DNA of 64,000 nucleotides, taken from assembly GCA_002009975.1 (NCBI GenBank), contig MTLP01000007.1:32001-96000 (forward strand). Reading direction: 5' to 3'. The position numbers and the translations under genes are program-made. This DNA is from Thermococcus sp. JdFR-02 (lineage in GTDB: Archaea; Methanobacteriota_B; Thermococci; Thermococcales; Thermococcaceae). Every line of letters begins with the position of its first letter. The first letter of the stretch is position 1. Shown here piece by piece: positions 44,081 to 54,300 of this stretch. Below the pieces are notes generated by a model. That model had not been told where the DNA came from. It did no database searches and saw only the letters and a program-made list of their open reading frames with translations.

Positions 44081-44585
44081 CTACATCACCCTTTGGTGTT
44101 AAAACAATAACATAATCTGCTCCATGCTTTAAAGCAGAGCTAAATCCTGGCTCAACACCAATAACAACAGTTTCTTTCCCTTTTTCCTTTGCTTTGAGAA
44201 TTATTGGTAAAAACTCTGCATTTCTTGTGGCTATTGCTATGATGTCTATATTTGGGTTGTAAATCTCACGCATAGCTTCAACTGCTAACTTTACACCAAC
44301 TTCTCCTGGAACAACTATCGGCTCAAAACCTTGATTTGCTATTGCTTCGATTAATCCTTGAGGAGCGTATTGGTTTAGTATCACTTTTGCAACCCTTATA
44401 TTGCCCAACTGTTCAAGGGCTTCAACTATATCCTCGAGATGTATTCCAAATTCCTTTCTAAGGATATTAGGACCATCAATCAAGAGGGCGATTTTTTTAC
44501 CCCTCTGCATCTTTCTTTTCATAGTTGCTATACTCTTAACTCCCTCTTTTGTTATCGAGACGATTCTCTCCCAATTGGTGGGCAT
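44043..44585 (-). CDS. NYN-domain protein (paralog with degenerate acidic residues)
   Basis: IDGPNIL; EVGV and TRNAEFLP in place of the Asp-bearing motifs. Confidence 0.85.
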   Translation of the reverse strand: MPTNWERIVSITKEGVKSIATMKRKMQRGKKIALLIDGPNILRKEFGIHLEDIVEALEQLGNIRVAKVILNQYAPQGLIEAIANQGFEPIVVPGEVGVKLAVEAMREIYNPNIDIIAIATRNAEFLPIILKAKEKGKETVVIGVEPGFSSALKHGADYVIVLTPKGDVDEKKALQDTKER

Positions 44586-44670
44586 ACTATCACCACATCG
44601 AAATTATCATCTATACATTGATTTTAGTTTAAATTTTTGTTAGAGAAATATAAAAGGATTAGCTTTGAGG

Positions 44671-47124
44671 TCAATCTTTCAAATTAATCACATGCTTATA
44701 GTAGTACCAGAGACCTCTAACTATATCCCTGACTTCAATCATTGTAAACATTGGACTCCTCTCTATGAGCTTTGCAGTTTCTTCCCATGTGTGTGCCTGT
44801 AGAATGCGATAGATTAGGAGGATAATTTGACGCTCATCTAAATAGGGTTTCATCCATCCATCAAGGAAATAGAGTTTTACTATTGGCTTTACTGCATCTA
44901 AAACAGTATCATAGGTCAAAACTTTGCCAACAAACAGCTCCAATCTCTTCTTTTGAGTCCTTGTTAAGTATATTGGGTAATCCACTGCCTCTTCAAATGG
45001 GCTTTCGAACAACCATCTTGCGATCTCAGGCTCTAAATCTCTATGTGTATCTCCCAGCCACTCTAAAAGCCTAATCCTAAATTCTGCATTTGCTTGCTTA
45101 ACGATTTGCTTTGCCCTTTCACTTATAGGCTTAATCACGATAGCCGTATATTCCCCACTAACGGGATTTCTTGAAGGACTTAAATGGACAACTGCAAATC
45201 CATTTCTTATCCAAAATCTAATTAACTCCTCACTTGCACCAAATCCGCTTCCAACCCAATCTAAATTTTTCTCTTGGGCTTCTTTAATCAAAAGCTCTAA
45301 AGCTTTGCTTCCCAAACCGCGATCCATTGCATCTGGATGTGTTGCAATCCTAACAACCCTATAACCTCTAAGCTTTGCAAACTCTTTTGCATAGTGATGC
45401 TTCACCATCATATCTGGAATGATATTTCCCCTTGGCTTGTAACCTTTAATCATCTTTTCAATTACTCCCTTTGGAATTCCTCCCTCTTTGGCTATTTGTA
45501 CAGCTGTGACTATTTTTCCATTCTTTAAGCGAAGTACTCTAGCTTCATGATGAGGTGCATCTGCTAACAGAGCTACATCGCTTGGTCTATTTTTATAATG
45601 AGCTAAAACATAGATTCCAACGAAATTTCTTAGGTCATCTTCACCTTTTCCTTCAAACCAGTTATCCAAGTTAGGTTCCTCAAAATAAACTTCTTTCTTC
45701 TTAATTAGCTCATAGTCTTCTTCCGTTAGCTGAACAGGTTCTGCATCAAGCAGTAAGACATCAAAGAGCCATTTTTCGATAGGATCATCATCCGCATATC
45801 TAATTGGCGTTGATAGGTGTATCTCTTTAAATCCTCTCTTTTCTCTTGCTTTTTTGAGGAACTTAACTGAGAAACCTCTTCCAGCACCTTCATAACCGTG
45901 AATCGTTGAGGAATAAATTACCTTATCCATAGTTAGATACTTATGCAAAATAGGAACGTGAATTCCAGCGGCTTCATCTAAAACATAAACATCAGCACTC
46001 TTTTTGAAGCCTTGAGCTGGTGGGTAATATCTGAGCCCAATTTCTCTAGCATAGATTTCTTTTATTAACCTTCCTTCGTAGACTACCTTAACTCTGTAGC
46101 CAAGCTTCTCTAAGCTCTTCTTTGCAAACAAGAAAAGACTTTGGACGTTAGCTAATTCTGGAGCTGTGATTACTGCTCTAAATCTCTTTCGCTTAGAGCT
46201 TAAAGCTAAACCAACAACACCAATTCCAACACTAACACTTTTTCCCCTTCCTCTGTCTGCTGTTAAAACAACCATTCCATTCTCATTTGAGAGGGATTCT
46301 AAGGCTTTTAAGACCTCAACTTGACCTTCCGTTAGACATATCTCGTAAAGCTCTTTTGGGAACGTTATTTCACTTGGAATTTCTGGCTTCTCTCTTTCAA
46401 AAAGTCTTGCCTGCTTCTTCTCTTTTTCAGGAGCTTTTAGGATTTTTTGATTTTCAGCGTTCACAATGTAAATTCCTTCATGTTCGTTGAATTTCCTAAT
46501 CAGACGTTTGTTGAATCGCTTTTTTACATCATCGATTGTGTATGGGGGGGTGACTAAATTTTTATGAAAGCCAGTCCACATTTTTTTCCATTTTTCAAAG
46601 GGATTTGTTAGAACAAAGATCAAGCCTCCTCCTCTAACAGTTTCGATTATCCTTCCCAAATCATTAGGGGAGAAGTCATAGCTTAAGTCTAAAACAAGCA
46701 TGTCAAAGGTTCTTCCTAAAATATCTTCGGTGTATTTGAAGGGAATAGCCTCAACTTTAACTTTATCTCCAGCTAAAATATCAAAGTGTTTTCTAAACTC
46801 CTCATATCTCGCCCTTCCAAAAGTATTTTCCCCCAACGCATCGGTTGCATAAAGGAGAACAACATCTTTCTCATTCTCATCTCTGAGCTTCCTCTCGATT
46901 AAATCATCAACTAAAGATGCCAAAACATTAGCAGCCGATCCTCCCAAAATTCCAGCAAGCTTTGCTTTATTTAGAGTTTCACCTTGTAAAATTATCATTC
47001 TCCTTTGAAAGCTTTCTAAAGCTTCAGCTAGAGCTGTTTCGGTGAGCTTTAGAAGTTCGTCTTTCACTCTCTCACTCCTGGCGTATTCTCTCACTTCTTT
47101 ATTAAAACGCACTTTCACGGTCAT
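44671..47124 (-). CDS. tmcA: RNA cytidine acetyltransferase TmcA/Nat10
   Basis: TADRGRGKS, DEAA, STIHGYEGAGRGF, AHYKNRPSD, RIATHP. Confidence 0.94.
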   Translation of the reverse strand: MTVKVRFNKEVREYARSERVKDELLKLTETALAEALESFQRRMIILQGETLNKAKLAGILGGSAANVLASLVDDLIERKLRDENEKDVVLLYATDALGENTFGRARYEEFRKHFDILAGDKVKVEAIPFKYTEDILGRTFDMLVLDLSYDFSPNDLGRIIETVRGGGLIFVLTNPFEKWKKMWTGFHKNLVTPPYTIDDVKKRFNKRLIRKFNEHEGIYIVNAENQKILKAPEKEKKQARLFEREKPEIPSEITFPKELYEICLTEGQVEVLKALESLSNENGMVVLTADRGRGKSVSVGIGVVGLALSSKRKRFRAVITAPELANVQSLFLFAKKSLEKLGYRVKVVYEGRLIKEIYAREIGLRYYPPAQGFKKSADVYVLDEAAGIHVPILHKYLTMDKVIYSSTIHGYEGAGRGFSVKFLKKAREKRGFKEIHLSTPIRYADDDPIEKWLFDVLLLDAEPVQLTEEDYELIKKKEVYFEEPNLDNWFEGKGEDDLRNFVGIYVLAHYKNRPSDVALLADAPHHEARVLRLKNGKIVTAVQIAKEGGIPKGVIEKMIKGYKPRGNIIPDMMVKHHYAKEFAKLRGYRVVRIATHPDAMDRGLGSKALELLIKEAQEKNLDWVGSGFGASEELIRFWIRNGFAVVHLSPSRNPVSGEYTAIVIKPISERAKQIVKQANAEFRIRLLEWLGDTHRDLEPEIARWLFESPFEEAVDYPIYLTRTQKKRLELFVGKVLTYDTVLDAVKPIVKLYFLDGWMKPYLDERQIILLIYRILQAHTWEETAKLIERSPMFTMIEVRDIVRGLWYYYKHVINLKD

Positions 47125-47223
47125 GGCTCATCCCTAAGCTTTCTTCTTACGTTGGCTTAATAAGATTTGGGAAAAGTTATATACTTAAACCATTAAAATC
47201 TTTATCGAAACATTAAGCTGAAG

Positions 47224-49146
47224 GTGGAAAACATGAAAAAGCTTGAGATTAATGATTTGGGAAAGTTTAAGCTTGTTCACAACTTGGATGTCTATAAAAA
47301 TAAAGCAATTTTCGTAGTTACAAGTATAGACCTTGAAAAAGATGACTATTTTAGCAGACTTTATCTTTACGATGGAAGGAAAGTCTTTCAGTTTACCTTT
47401 GGACCAAAGGATAACAACCCAAAATTTTCTCCTAATGGAAAACTAATCGCTTTTACATCAAAAAGGAATAAAGAAAGCAAGGAAAGTGAGCTTTACATTA
47501 TTTCAACTAGTGGCGGAGAGGCAAGACTCTTAACAAGGTTCAAGTATGGGATAAACTTCTTTGATTTCTCTCCAGATAGTGAGAAACTCTTAGTTCTAAG
47601 TCCTGTTGAGATTAAAAGGAGAAGAAAAAAAGAGAAAAGCGATGTTCATGTTATTAAAGAAATCCCCTTCTGGTTCAATGGCATTGGTTGGATTTATGGA
47701 AAAAGGTCTCAGATCTTTTTAGTCGATGTTGAAAGTGGCAGAAAGAGGAAAATAACAAGAGGAACTTTGAACATCACCTTCGCTAAGTTTAATTCAAAAG
47801 GGGATAGCATTTTCTTCATTGCTCAAGAGGATAGAGAAAAGAAGCCTTTGATCAGCGATTTGTTTGTTATGGACTTAAAAAGCAAGAGAATTGAAAAGCT
47901 AACAGATTCAACAATGAGCATTAATGCCTTTGAGTTCGTTGATGAGGAACGTTTGGTTTTGAGGGCAAAGAGCTTGGAGAGAGGACTTCCAACAAATACT
48001 CACATTTACTTGTTTAATGTTGAAACAAGAGAAATGAAAAAACTTACGGCTAAGCTTGATAGGAGTGCCTACAACTCATTGAACAGCGATGTTAGAGGAG
48101 CATCAAGAAATCTGCTTATTTACAAGGATGGATGGATTTATTACATTGCAACTGATGGTCCAAAGGCGAATCTATTTAGGGTTAATTTAGAAGGGGACAT
48201 TGAAAAAGTTATCAGCGGAAATAGAAGTGTTGAAACCTTTAGAATTGGCAAAGGGATTTTCTTCATAGCTCAAAATTCTACAACCCCCACGGAGCTTTAT
48301 TTGTTGAGAGATGAAAAAGAGAAGAAGCTAACTAACTTTAATGATTGGATTAAGGAGTATAAGCTTTCAGAACCAGAACATTTTAGAGTTAAAGCGAGTG
48401 ATGGTGTTGAGATAGACGCTTGGATCATGAAGCCTGTTAACTTTGAAGAAGGAAAGAAGTATCCCGCCGTTGTTGAAATCCATGGAGGACCTAAAACGGT
48501 CTATGGCTATGCTTTCATGCATGAATTCCAAGTTTTAGCGGCGAAAGGCTTTGTTGTGATTTTCAGCAATCCAAGAGGAAGCGACGGTTATGGTGAGGAT
48601 TTTGCAGACATAAGGGAGCATTATGGTGAAAGAGACTACCAAGACATCATGGAGGTTGTTGATGAAGCCATTAGAAGATTTGATTTCATTGATGAAGAGA
48701 GAATAGGAGTAACTGGAGGCTCTTATGGCGGTTTCATGACCAATTGGATTGTAACTCATACAAATCGCTTCAAAGCGGCAGTGACTCAAAGATCAATAAC
48801 AAATTGGATTTCTTTCTTTGGAACAACGGATATAGGCTATTACTTTGCTCCAGATCAGATTGGAAAAGATCCCTGGGATAATTTAGAAGGATATTGGGAA
48901 AAGTCACCTTTAAAGCATGCCAAAAATGTTGAAACGCCCCTTTTAATAATCCATTCAATTGAGGACTATAGATGCTGGCTGACTGAAGCACTGCAATTCT
49001 TTACAGCTCTGAAGTATTTAGGCAAGAGAGTTGAGTTAGCTTTATTCCCCGGAGAAAACCACGATTTGTCAAGGAGAGGGAAGCCAAAGCATAGAATAGA
49101 AAGGTTAAAGTTAATTGTCAGCTGGTTTGAGAAATATTTAGCTTAA
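47224..49146 (+). CDS. S9 family (acylaminoacyl/dipeptidyl) peptidase
   Basis: Beta-propeller N-terminus; IHGGP, GGSYGG, DYRC, GENH. Confidence 0.92.
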   Translation: MENMKKLEINDLGKFKLVHNLDVYKNKAIFVVTSIDLEKDDYFSRLYLYDGRKVFQFTFGPKDNNPKFSPNGKLIAFTSKRNKESKESELYIISTSGGEARLLTRFKYGINFFDFSPDSEKLLVLSPVEIKRRRKKEKSDVHVIKEIPFWFNGIGWIYGKRSQIFLVDVESGRKRKITRGTLNITFAKFNSKGDSIFFIAQEDREKKPLISDLFVMDLKSKRIEKLTDSTMSINAFEFVDEERLVLRAKSLERGLPTNTHIYLFNVETREMKKLTAKLDRSAYNSLNSDVRGASRNLLIYKDGWIYYIATDGPKANLFRVNLEGDIEKVISGNRSVETFRIGKGIFFIAQNSTTPTELYLLRDEKEKKLTNFNDWIKEYKLSEPEHFRVKASDGVEIDAWIMKPVNFEEGKKYPAVVEIHGGPKTVYGYAFMHEFQVLAAKGFVVIFSNPRGSDGYGEDFADIREHYGERDYQDIMEVVDEAIRRFDFIDEERIGVTGGSYGGFMTNWIVTHTNRFKAAVTQRSITNWISFFGTTDIGYYFAPDQIGKDPWDNLEGYWEKSPLKHAKNVETPLLIIHSIEDYRCWLTEALQFFTALKYLGKRVELALFPGENHDLSRRGKPKHRIERLKLIVSWFEKYLA

Positions 49147-49971
49147 CTACTCTTCCAGCATTTTAAATTCTTTTTTAAGCAAAGCGATTTGTTGGGGAGA
49201 AAAGGCATCTTTTTCTATAATCACCGCTATGAATGATTTTGTGAGCAGGGCATGGTCTTTTAGGGTCGCTAGCATTTTAAACACACTCTCAAAGTCATTT
49301 TCTATAACGAGATATTCTATCCCATCTATCAGTATTACTTTGGGCTTTCTCTCTTTTTTCATGAATTCTACAAGAGAGTGAAGTATAAAAGGCAAACGAG
49401 AAGGGTGAATTGAATTTGGCGCTTCAATTTTTGTTATCCAGTAGATTGGAATATCTTTAAGGAGTGTGTGTTTCTCTTTGATGATTATCGGGGAATCTCT
49501 TGCTAGGATTATCCCAGGGTATTTGTCTATCAGGTTTAAGAAGAAGTTAAAGGCTTTTGATTTACTTGAGAAGAGATAAAGTCCAGGGGAAACATTAACA
49601 TCTCCCAGAAGCATGCCTCTTGCCTTAACTAATGGTATGTCAATATATTTCTCAGCATATTTTGAAAGCCACAGTGTTGTTGAAGTTACAAATATGATAG
49701 CAAAGAGAGTATAGATAAGGAACATCTGCTCTAAGCTGAGATTGATTAAGGGTTTTCCATCAATATAAATATCATTGAAAATGTCTAGTATAAACCCTAT
49801 TATTGCGATAAACAGACCCAGAATAATGCCCTGATGGAAGAGTTTTATTCTAGGATACTCTTTAATTATAACCTCTCTTGTTGCCAAGAGTTTGTAAAAT
49901 AGATAAATTGAACAAATAAGCGCTATTAGGGGAATAGCAAAGCCAGGATTGGTATAATCTATACTTAGCAT
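49147..49971 (-). CDS. Membrane-anchored DUF835 protein
   Basis: N-terminal TMs; YWIT...IHPSRL...IDGIEYLVIENDF. Confidence 0.85.
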   Translation of the reverse strand: MLSIDYTNPGFAIPLIALICSIYLFYKLLATREVIIKEYPRIKLFHQGIILGLFIAIIGFILDIFNDIYIDGKPLINLSLEQMFLIYTLFAIIFVTSTTLWLSKYAEKYIDIPLVKARGMLLGDVNVSPGLYLFSSKSKAFNFFLNLIDKYPGIILARDSPIIIKEKHTLLKDIPIYWITKIEAPNSIHPSRLPFILHSLVEFMKKERKPKVILIDGIEYLVIENDFESVFKMLATLKDHALLTKSFIAVIIEKDAFSPQQIALLKKEFKMLEE

Positions 49972-50032
49972 AGTGCGACTAATAGTTTGAAGGAGTATAA
50001 TAAATTTTCTATAAAAGATAAAGAGAAGCACG

Positions 50033-51472
50033 TTATCCTAAAAATCCTCTAAGCATGGCTAGATTTAATATTGTTTCCTTACTTATCTCACCTGTTATCA
50101 CTCTTTCAGTCATCGCTACATACTCTGAATTTTGCTCGATTCCCCATTCTTTAGCAAGTTCTACAATTGGCTTTAGGAATTTAAACTTTTTAGCGGCATT
50201 TGGGTTAAAGTGTGCAAAAGCAAAGCTTAAATCTCTGTAAAGTCCTTTGTAGTACTCGCTAATCAATTCGAATTCTTTTTCACTTAAAGCATTTAATCCC
50301 AAAATCTCGGGTGGTATTCCTAAGGAATAAAGCGAGGCTGTAAACTTTATTGCCCTTGGCAAAGCTGAACCATTAACCTCTCTTGCATAACCAAAAAGTC
50401 CAATATGGAGCTTTCTCTTTCTTCTTGAAGGCACAAAGTTGGCAACTTCCCTAATATAGGGAGCTAGAACCCTAAGCTGCTGTGAATACTCATCTTCGTA
50501 TTTTGTCAGAATTTGGAAAAGCCTCTCATCAATTGGTTCTGCTTTCTTTCTTTTTGTGTTTTTTATCTCCTCTATTGCTTTCATGACCTCTTTTGGAGGG
50601 TTGTCGTATTTGAAAGAACTCTGTATTGTGAAAGTTTGAGTGCTTGGGTATTCTTCCAGTACACCCTTAACATTATCTGGCGTCAAATGCCCTCTAAAAG
50701 GAGCTCCTCCAACGCCAACTATTGGATAAATGTCAATACTTATCTCCTCCTCAAGTTCTTGAAGTTTAAATAGGGCATATTTGTCATAAATAACCGCGCT
50801 AATTAGTCCATAGTTCATCGCAGGATCACTTCTTGCCAAAAAGACACGCTGATACTCAAAATCCTTTCCATCTAAATACTCCTCAACAATTTTGTGTGCA
50901 TTTAAAATTGCTTCTTTTGTCTCAAAAAGCGGAATTATGCTTATTTCAGTTGGATAAAACTCACCGATCCATTCATAAATCTTAATATCAAAAACCCTCT
51001 TGTACTGCTTTCCAGCTATGTATTTGGTGTAAAGCTCATACACCCTTTGAATTTCTTCAAATGAGGTTGTCATTGGTAAAATAACCTCAAAAATGGGGGC
51101 AATCTCGTCATTATAGAAAATTTTAGCATAATCAGCCGAGCGTGGAATACTCTCCAAAGTTTCAAGCAAAAGCTTTGCTTCTGCCTTTTCAACACTTGGG
51201 TTTGGGACTCTTGGGGTTAAGCGAAACTCCTCTCCAAGTTTGTGTTTTTTAAAGAATTCCCCATACTTTTCAAGGAGCTTTTTTATAACAAACTCATCAA
51301 CTTCTTTACCTTCAAAATCCCACATTTGTTCTTCTACTCCCAAAACACTAAAAGCATAGAAAGCTTCGCTTATCTCATCTTCTCCCCCTAAAACAGGCTC
51401 CTTCGCAAAGAAGGGTATAAAAACGTTGTCAGGATGTTGAGTACTCATTGTTCTTGGTATCAAATTTCCCAT
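50033..51472 (-). CDS. ppcA: Archaeal phosphoenolpyruvate carboxylase
   Basis: IPRTMSTQHPDN, MWDFEGK, ARSDPAMNYG, LPRAIKF. Confidence 0.96.
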   Translation of the reverse strand: MGNLIPRTMSTQHPDNVFIPFFAKEPVLGGEDEISEAFYAFSVLGVEEQMWDFEGKEVDEFVIKKLLEKYGEFFKKHKLGEEFRLTPRVPNPSVEKAEAKLLLETLESIPRSADYAKIFYNDEIAPIFEVILPMTTSFEEIQRVYELYTKYIAGKQYKRVFDIKIYEWIGEFYPTEISIIPLFETKEAILNAHKIVEEYLDGKDFEYQRVFLARSDPAMNYGLISAVIYDKYALFKLQELEEEISIDIYPIVGVGGAPFRGHLTPDNVKGVLEEYPSTQTFTIQSSFKYDNPPKEVMKAIEEIKNTKRKKAEPIDERLFQILTKYEDEYSQQLRVLAPYIREVANFVPSRRKRKLHIGLFGYAREVNGSALPRAIKFTASLYSLGIPPEILGLNALSEKEFELISEYYKGLYRDLSFAFAHFNPNAAKKFKFLKPIVELAKEWGIEQNSEYVAMTERVITGEISKETILNLAMLRGFLG

Positions 51473-51577
51473 CCAAAAGTACATTTTAAATCTAAATTTA
51501 ATACTTTCGGCAAATTTTTTGGAAAAATGACAAGGTATTTTAAAAAGCTTTTTAAGTGAAACTCCCTATTTCAATCC

Positions 51578-52183
51578 ATGCGCGCTTACATTTTGGCATT
51601 TAAAGAGAGGGCATTTGATAACTATCTCTTGATGATAAATGATGAACCAATAGTTAAAATAGTTGAAGAAAGGCTTTTGATGTGTAAAAGAATTGATGAG
51701 GTTTTCACGATTGTTAGAAAAGATCAGCTGAAACGCTTTTCACTTCATGTTTCAAATCCAATAGGTGTTAAAGCAAAAAACAAAATTGAGGCTTTATATA
51801 AGTTTCTTCCCTCTTCAGGCGAAATATTTTTGATTGAAGGGAACATGCCTTTAGTGATGCCCTTCTTGGTAAACTACCTCTCAACACTCTTTTTAGATAA
51901 TGAAAGCGAAGCACTAATACCTTCTTGGAGCGATAAAACACTTGAAGTAACTCACGCTTTTTATGAAGCAAAGCCCTTAAAGAAAGCATTGGAAACCTGT
52001 TTAGCTGAAAATGAGAAAAAGCTTGGCTGTATGGCGAAGCATTTAGATTATGAAACGATTAGCATTAAAAAGTTAAGCAAAAGAAATGTTAAGGTAACTT
52101 TGAGCTTCTTTAAAGTTAGAAACTCCTTTGATTTGAGGTTTGCTGAGGAAACATTGAAAAAATTAGAAAAGGAGAGTAGTTAG
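51578..52183 (+). CDS. MobA-like nucleotidyltransferase-family protein (degenerate)
   Basis: GNMPLV...ALIPSW...LEVTHAFY...SFFKV pattern. Confidence 0.65.
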   Translation: MRAYILAFKERAFDNYLLMINDEPIVKIVEERLLMCKRIDEVFTIVRKDQLKRFSLHVSNPIGVKAKNKIEALYKFLPSSGEIFLIEGNMPLVMPFLVNYLSTLFLDNESEALIPSWSDKTLEVTHAFYEAKPLKKALETCLAENEKKLGCMAKHLDYETISIKKLSKRNVKVTLSFFKVRNSFDLRFAEETLKKLEKESS

Positions 52184-52695
52184 ATCTTTACAGCCTTCTT
52201 AACTTTGTCCCCTATCACAACGGCAAGGAAGGCTTTAATGACATCAAACACTACGAAAGGAGCAACACCCAGTTTAAATGCCTTTACAAAGTCTCCACCC
52301 ATATAAAAACCAAGTCTAAGCCAGCCGAGGAGGTAAATTACCGTTAAGCCCAGCAAGCATGCAGTCAAATGCCACACTAAGCCTTCTCTTTTCTCGGCAA
52401 TGAAGCCTATTAAAAATGCCGCTATTGGAAATGCTATAATATATCCCCCAGTTGGACCGTAAATATGGACAAAACCTCCACTAAACCTTGCAAACACTGG
52501 GAGTCCTATAGCACCCATAAGTACATATATGAATTGACTTAAAAAGCCTAGTCTTGCTCCTAAAATCAGAGCACTCAGGAATATGACTAAAACCTGAAGT
52601 GTAAATGGTACTGGACCTAATGGAATGGCTATTTGAGCACCTACTGCTGTTAAGGCGGCAAATAAAGCTGAGAATGCTACATCTCGAGCCTTCAT
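52180..52695 (-). CDS. bioY: Biotin ECF transporter S component
   Basis: PVPFTLQ, GLPVFA, GPTGGY. Confidence 0.95.
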   Translation of the reverse strand: MKARDVAFSALFAALTAVGAQIAIPLGPVPFTLQVLVIFLSALILGARLGFLSQFIYVLMGAIGLPVFARFSGGFVHIYGPTGGYIIAFPIAAFLIGFIAEKREGLVWHLTACLLGLTVIYLLGWLRLGFYMGGDFVKAFKLGVAPFVVFDVIKAFLAVVIGDKVKKAVKI

Positions 52696-52721
52696 TTTAT
52701 CACCTCAAAGTTAGAGCATTC

Positions 52722-52749
52722 GTTAACTTTAAAAATTTTATGGTTAACA
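52722..52749. promoter_or_regulatory. BirA operator in the divergent bioY/bioB promoter
   Basis: GTTAAC-N15-GTTAACA, matching the BirA consensus TGTtAAC-N15/16-GTTaACA. Confidence 0.75.
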
Positions 52750-52766
52750 ATATTTAGTGCTAGGTC

Positions 52767-53741
52767 ATGAGAGAGAAGATACACAAGCTTGCGGATAAGG
52801 TCATGAATCATGAAACATTAAACCCTGATGAGAAAAGGTTTCTCTTTAGTGTTCCCAATGAGTACATACTTGACCTAATAAGCGCTGCTTATAAAATAAA
52901 GCTTAAATTTCGTGGGCAAAGAATCTCGACTTGTAGCATAGTAAGTGCCAAAACTGGTTTTTGCTCGGAAGACTGTGCATTTTGTGCTCAATCAATTAGA
53001 AGCACCTCAAAGATTCAAAGGCATTCACTCATCCATCCAGAGGAAATTTTGGAGGCTGCAATAGATGCTGAGGAAAGCGGTGCCGAGAGGTTTAGCATAG
53101 TAACGAGTGGAAGAGGATACAGCGGCGAAGAGAAGGAATTTGAGAGAATTTTAGATGTAGTAAAGCTTATTTTAGACAACACAAATCTAAATGTGGACGT
53201 TTCATTAGGCTCACTCAGCAGAAAAGCTGTCGAAAAGCTTGCAAAAGCTGGTGTTAAAAGAATTCATCACAATATTGAAACTTCAAAAAGCTACTTTAAA
53301 AATATCGTTTCTACACACAGTTTCGATGAAAAAATTGAAACTATAAAAACAATAAAAGAGCTTGGATTGGAGGTTTGTTCGGGATTCATAATTGGAATGG
53401 GCGAGGATGTTGAAGACAGAATAGAAATAGCTGAAATTTTAAATTCGCTAAATGTTGATTCTGTTCCAATAAATATACTGATACCAATAAAGGGAACTCC
53501 TCTAGGAAATCTAGTACCCATAACGCCCCTAGAAGCTTTGAAGAACATAGCAGCATTTAGATTTCTTATGCCCGATAAAGAACTAAGACTCTGTGGTGGA
53601 AGGGTTCAAAATCTCAGAGACCTGCAGATATTAAGCTTGTTTATAGTTGATGGAATACTCATCGGTAGAAAGGCTTTGACAACAGGAATAAGAGATCCAG
53701 AATTAGATATTACAATGATAAAGGACTTGGAATTTTATTAA
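52767..53741 (+). CDS. bioB: Biotin synthase (radical SAM)
   Basis: CSEDCAFCAQS, HHNIETS, VCSGFIIGMGE, SVPIN, LRLCGGR; located between bioY and birA. Confidence 0.9.
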   Translation: MREKIHKLADKVMNHETLNPDEKRFLFSVPNEYILDLISAAYKIKLKFRGQRISTCSIVSAKTGFCSEDCAFCAQSIRSTSKIQRHSLIHPEEILEAAIDAEESGAERFSIVTSGRGYSGEEKEFERILDVVKLILDNTNLNVDVSLGSLSRKAVEKLAKAGVKRIHHNIETSKSYFKNIVSTHSFDEKIETIKTIKELGLEVCSGFIIGMGEDVEDRIEIAEILNSLNVDSVPINILIPIKGTPLGNLVPITPLEALKNIAAFRFLMPDKELRLCGGRVQNLRDLQILSLFIVDGILIGRKALTTGIRDPELDITMIKDLEFY

Positions 53742-53892
53742 CTTCTAATTCCCCTTCACGGAGGAGATTTGTTCCTCTCTTTTACATATGTAAGAAATAT
53801 AATCAGAAATCTCAAAAGTTGACATATTAACAACTAAGTTAGCATAATCAGAAGAGGAATTATTATAAAGAGCTTCTTTCTAACAGTTAGAC

Positions 53893-54300
53893 ATGTCAAT
53901 GAAAATTAGAGCTCATCATCTTCTGTGTATGCAGGGATTTCAAGGATATGGGTATAGCAAAGAATTCGTAGAGAATATGACTAACATACTTGAGAGATTA
54001 AGTTCAAATCCAGTATTGGAGATAGTCGATGAATGTGATGAAATTTGCTCTCATTGCCCATACAATATAAATGGTGAATGCAGAAAAACATCAACTTCTT
54101 CTCAGACGGTCAAAAGCATGGATATTAAAGTTTTGAGAAAGTTAAGCTTAAGAAAAGGAGATAAAATTAGAGCAAAAGATGCTCTTTCTCTTGTGAATGA
54201 AAAGCTTGATTATGCGTCTCTCCAAGAAATATGTGGTGATTGTGAATGGAAGGAAAAATGCCTGTTTTTCATAAGAAAATGCTCAAAGACAGCAAAGTAA
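53893..54300 (+). CDS. DUF1284 family Cys/His-rich protein
   Basis: RAHHLLCMQGFQGYGYS...DEICSHCP...ICGDCEW. Confidence 0.85.
   Translation: MSMKIRAHHLLCMQGFQGYGYSKEFVENMTNILERLSSNPVLEIVDECDEICSHCPYNINGECRKTSTSSQTVKSMDIKVLRKLSLRKGDKIRAKDALSLVNEKLDYASLQEICGDCEWKEKCLFFIRKCSKTAK

Noticed and set aside
43562-44585. Tandem NYN paralogs as a toxin/defence module
   Set aside because: The pair sits in housekeeping context next to tmcA and, to my knowledge, is standard in Thermococcales.
47224-49146. S9 peptidase as a member of the RiPP cluster
   Set aside because: It lies about 8 kb beyond the island, separated by core genes, and looks like an ordinary acylaminoacyl peptidase.
53751-53766. CCCCTTCACGG, an 11-nt reverse-complement match to 33444-33454 that loosely resembles IS200/IS605 end hairpins
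   Set aside because: The match is too short, and there is no transposase or tnpB remnant nearby.
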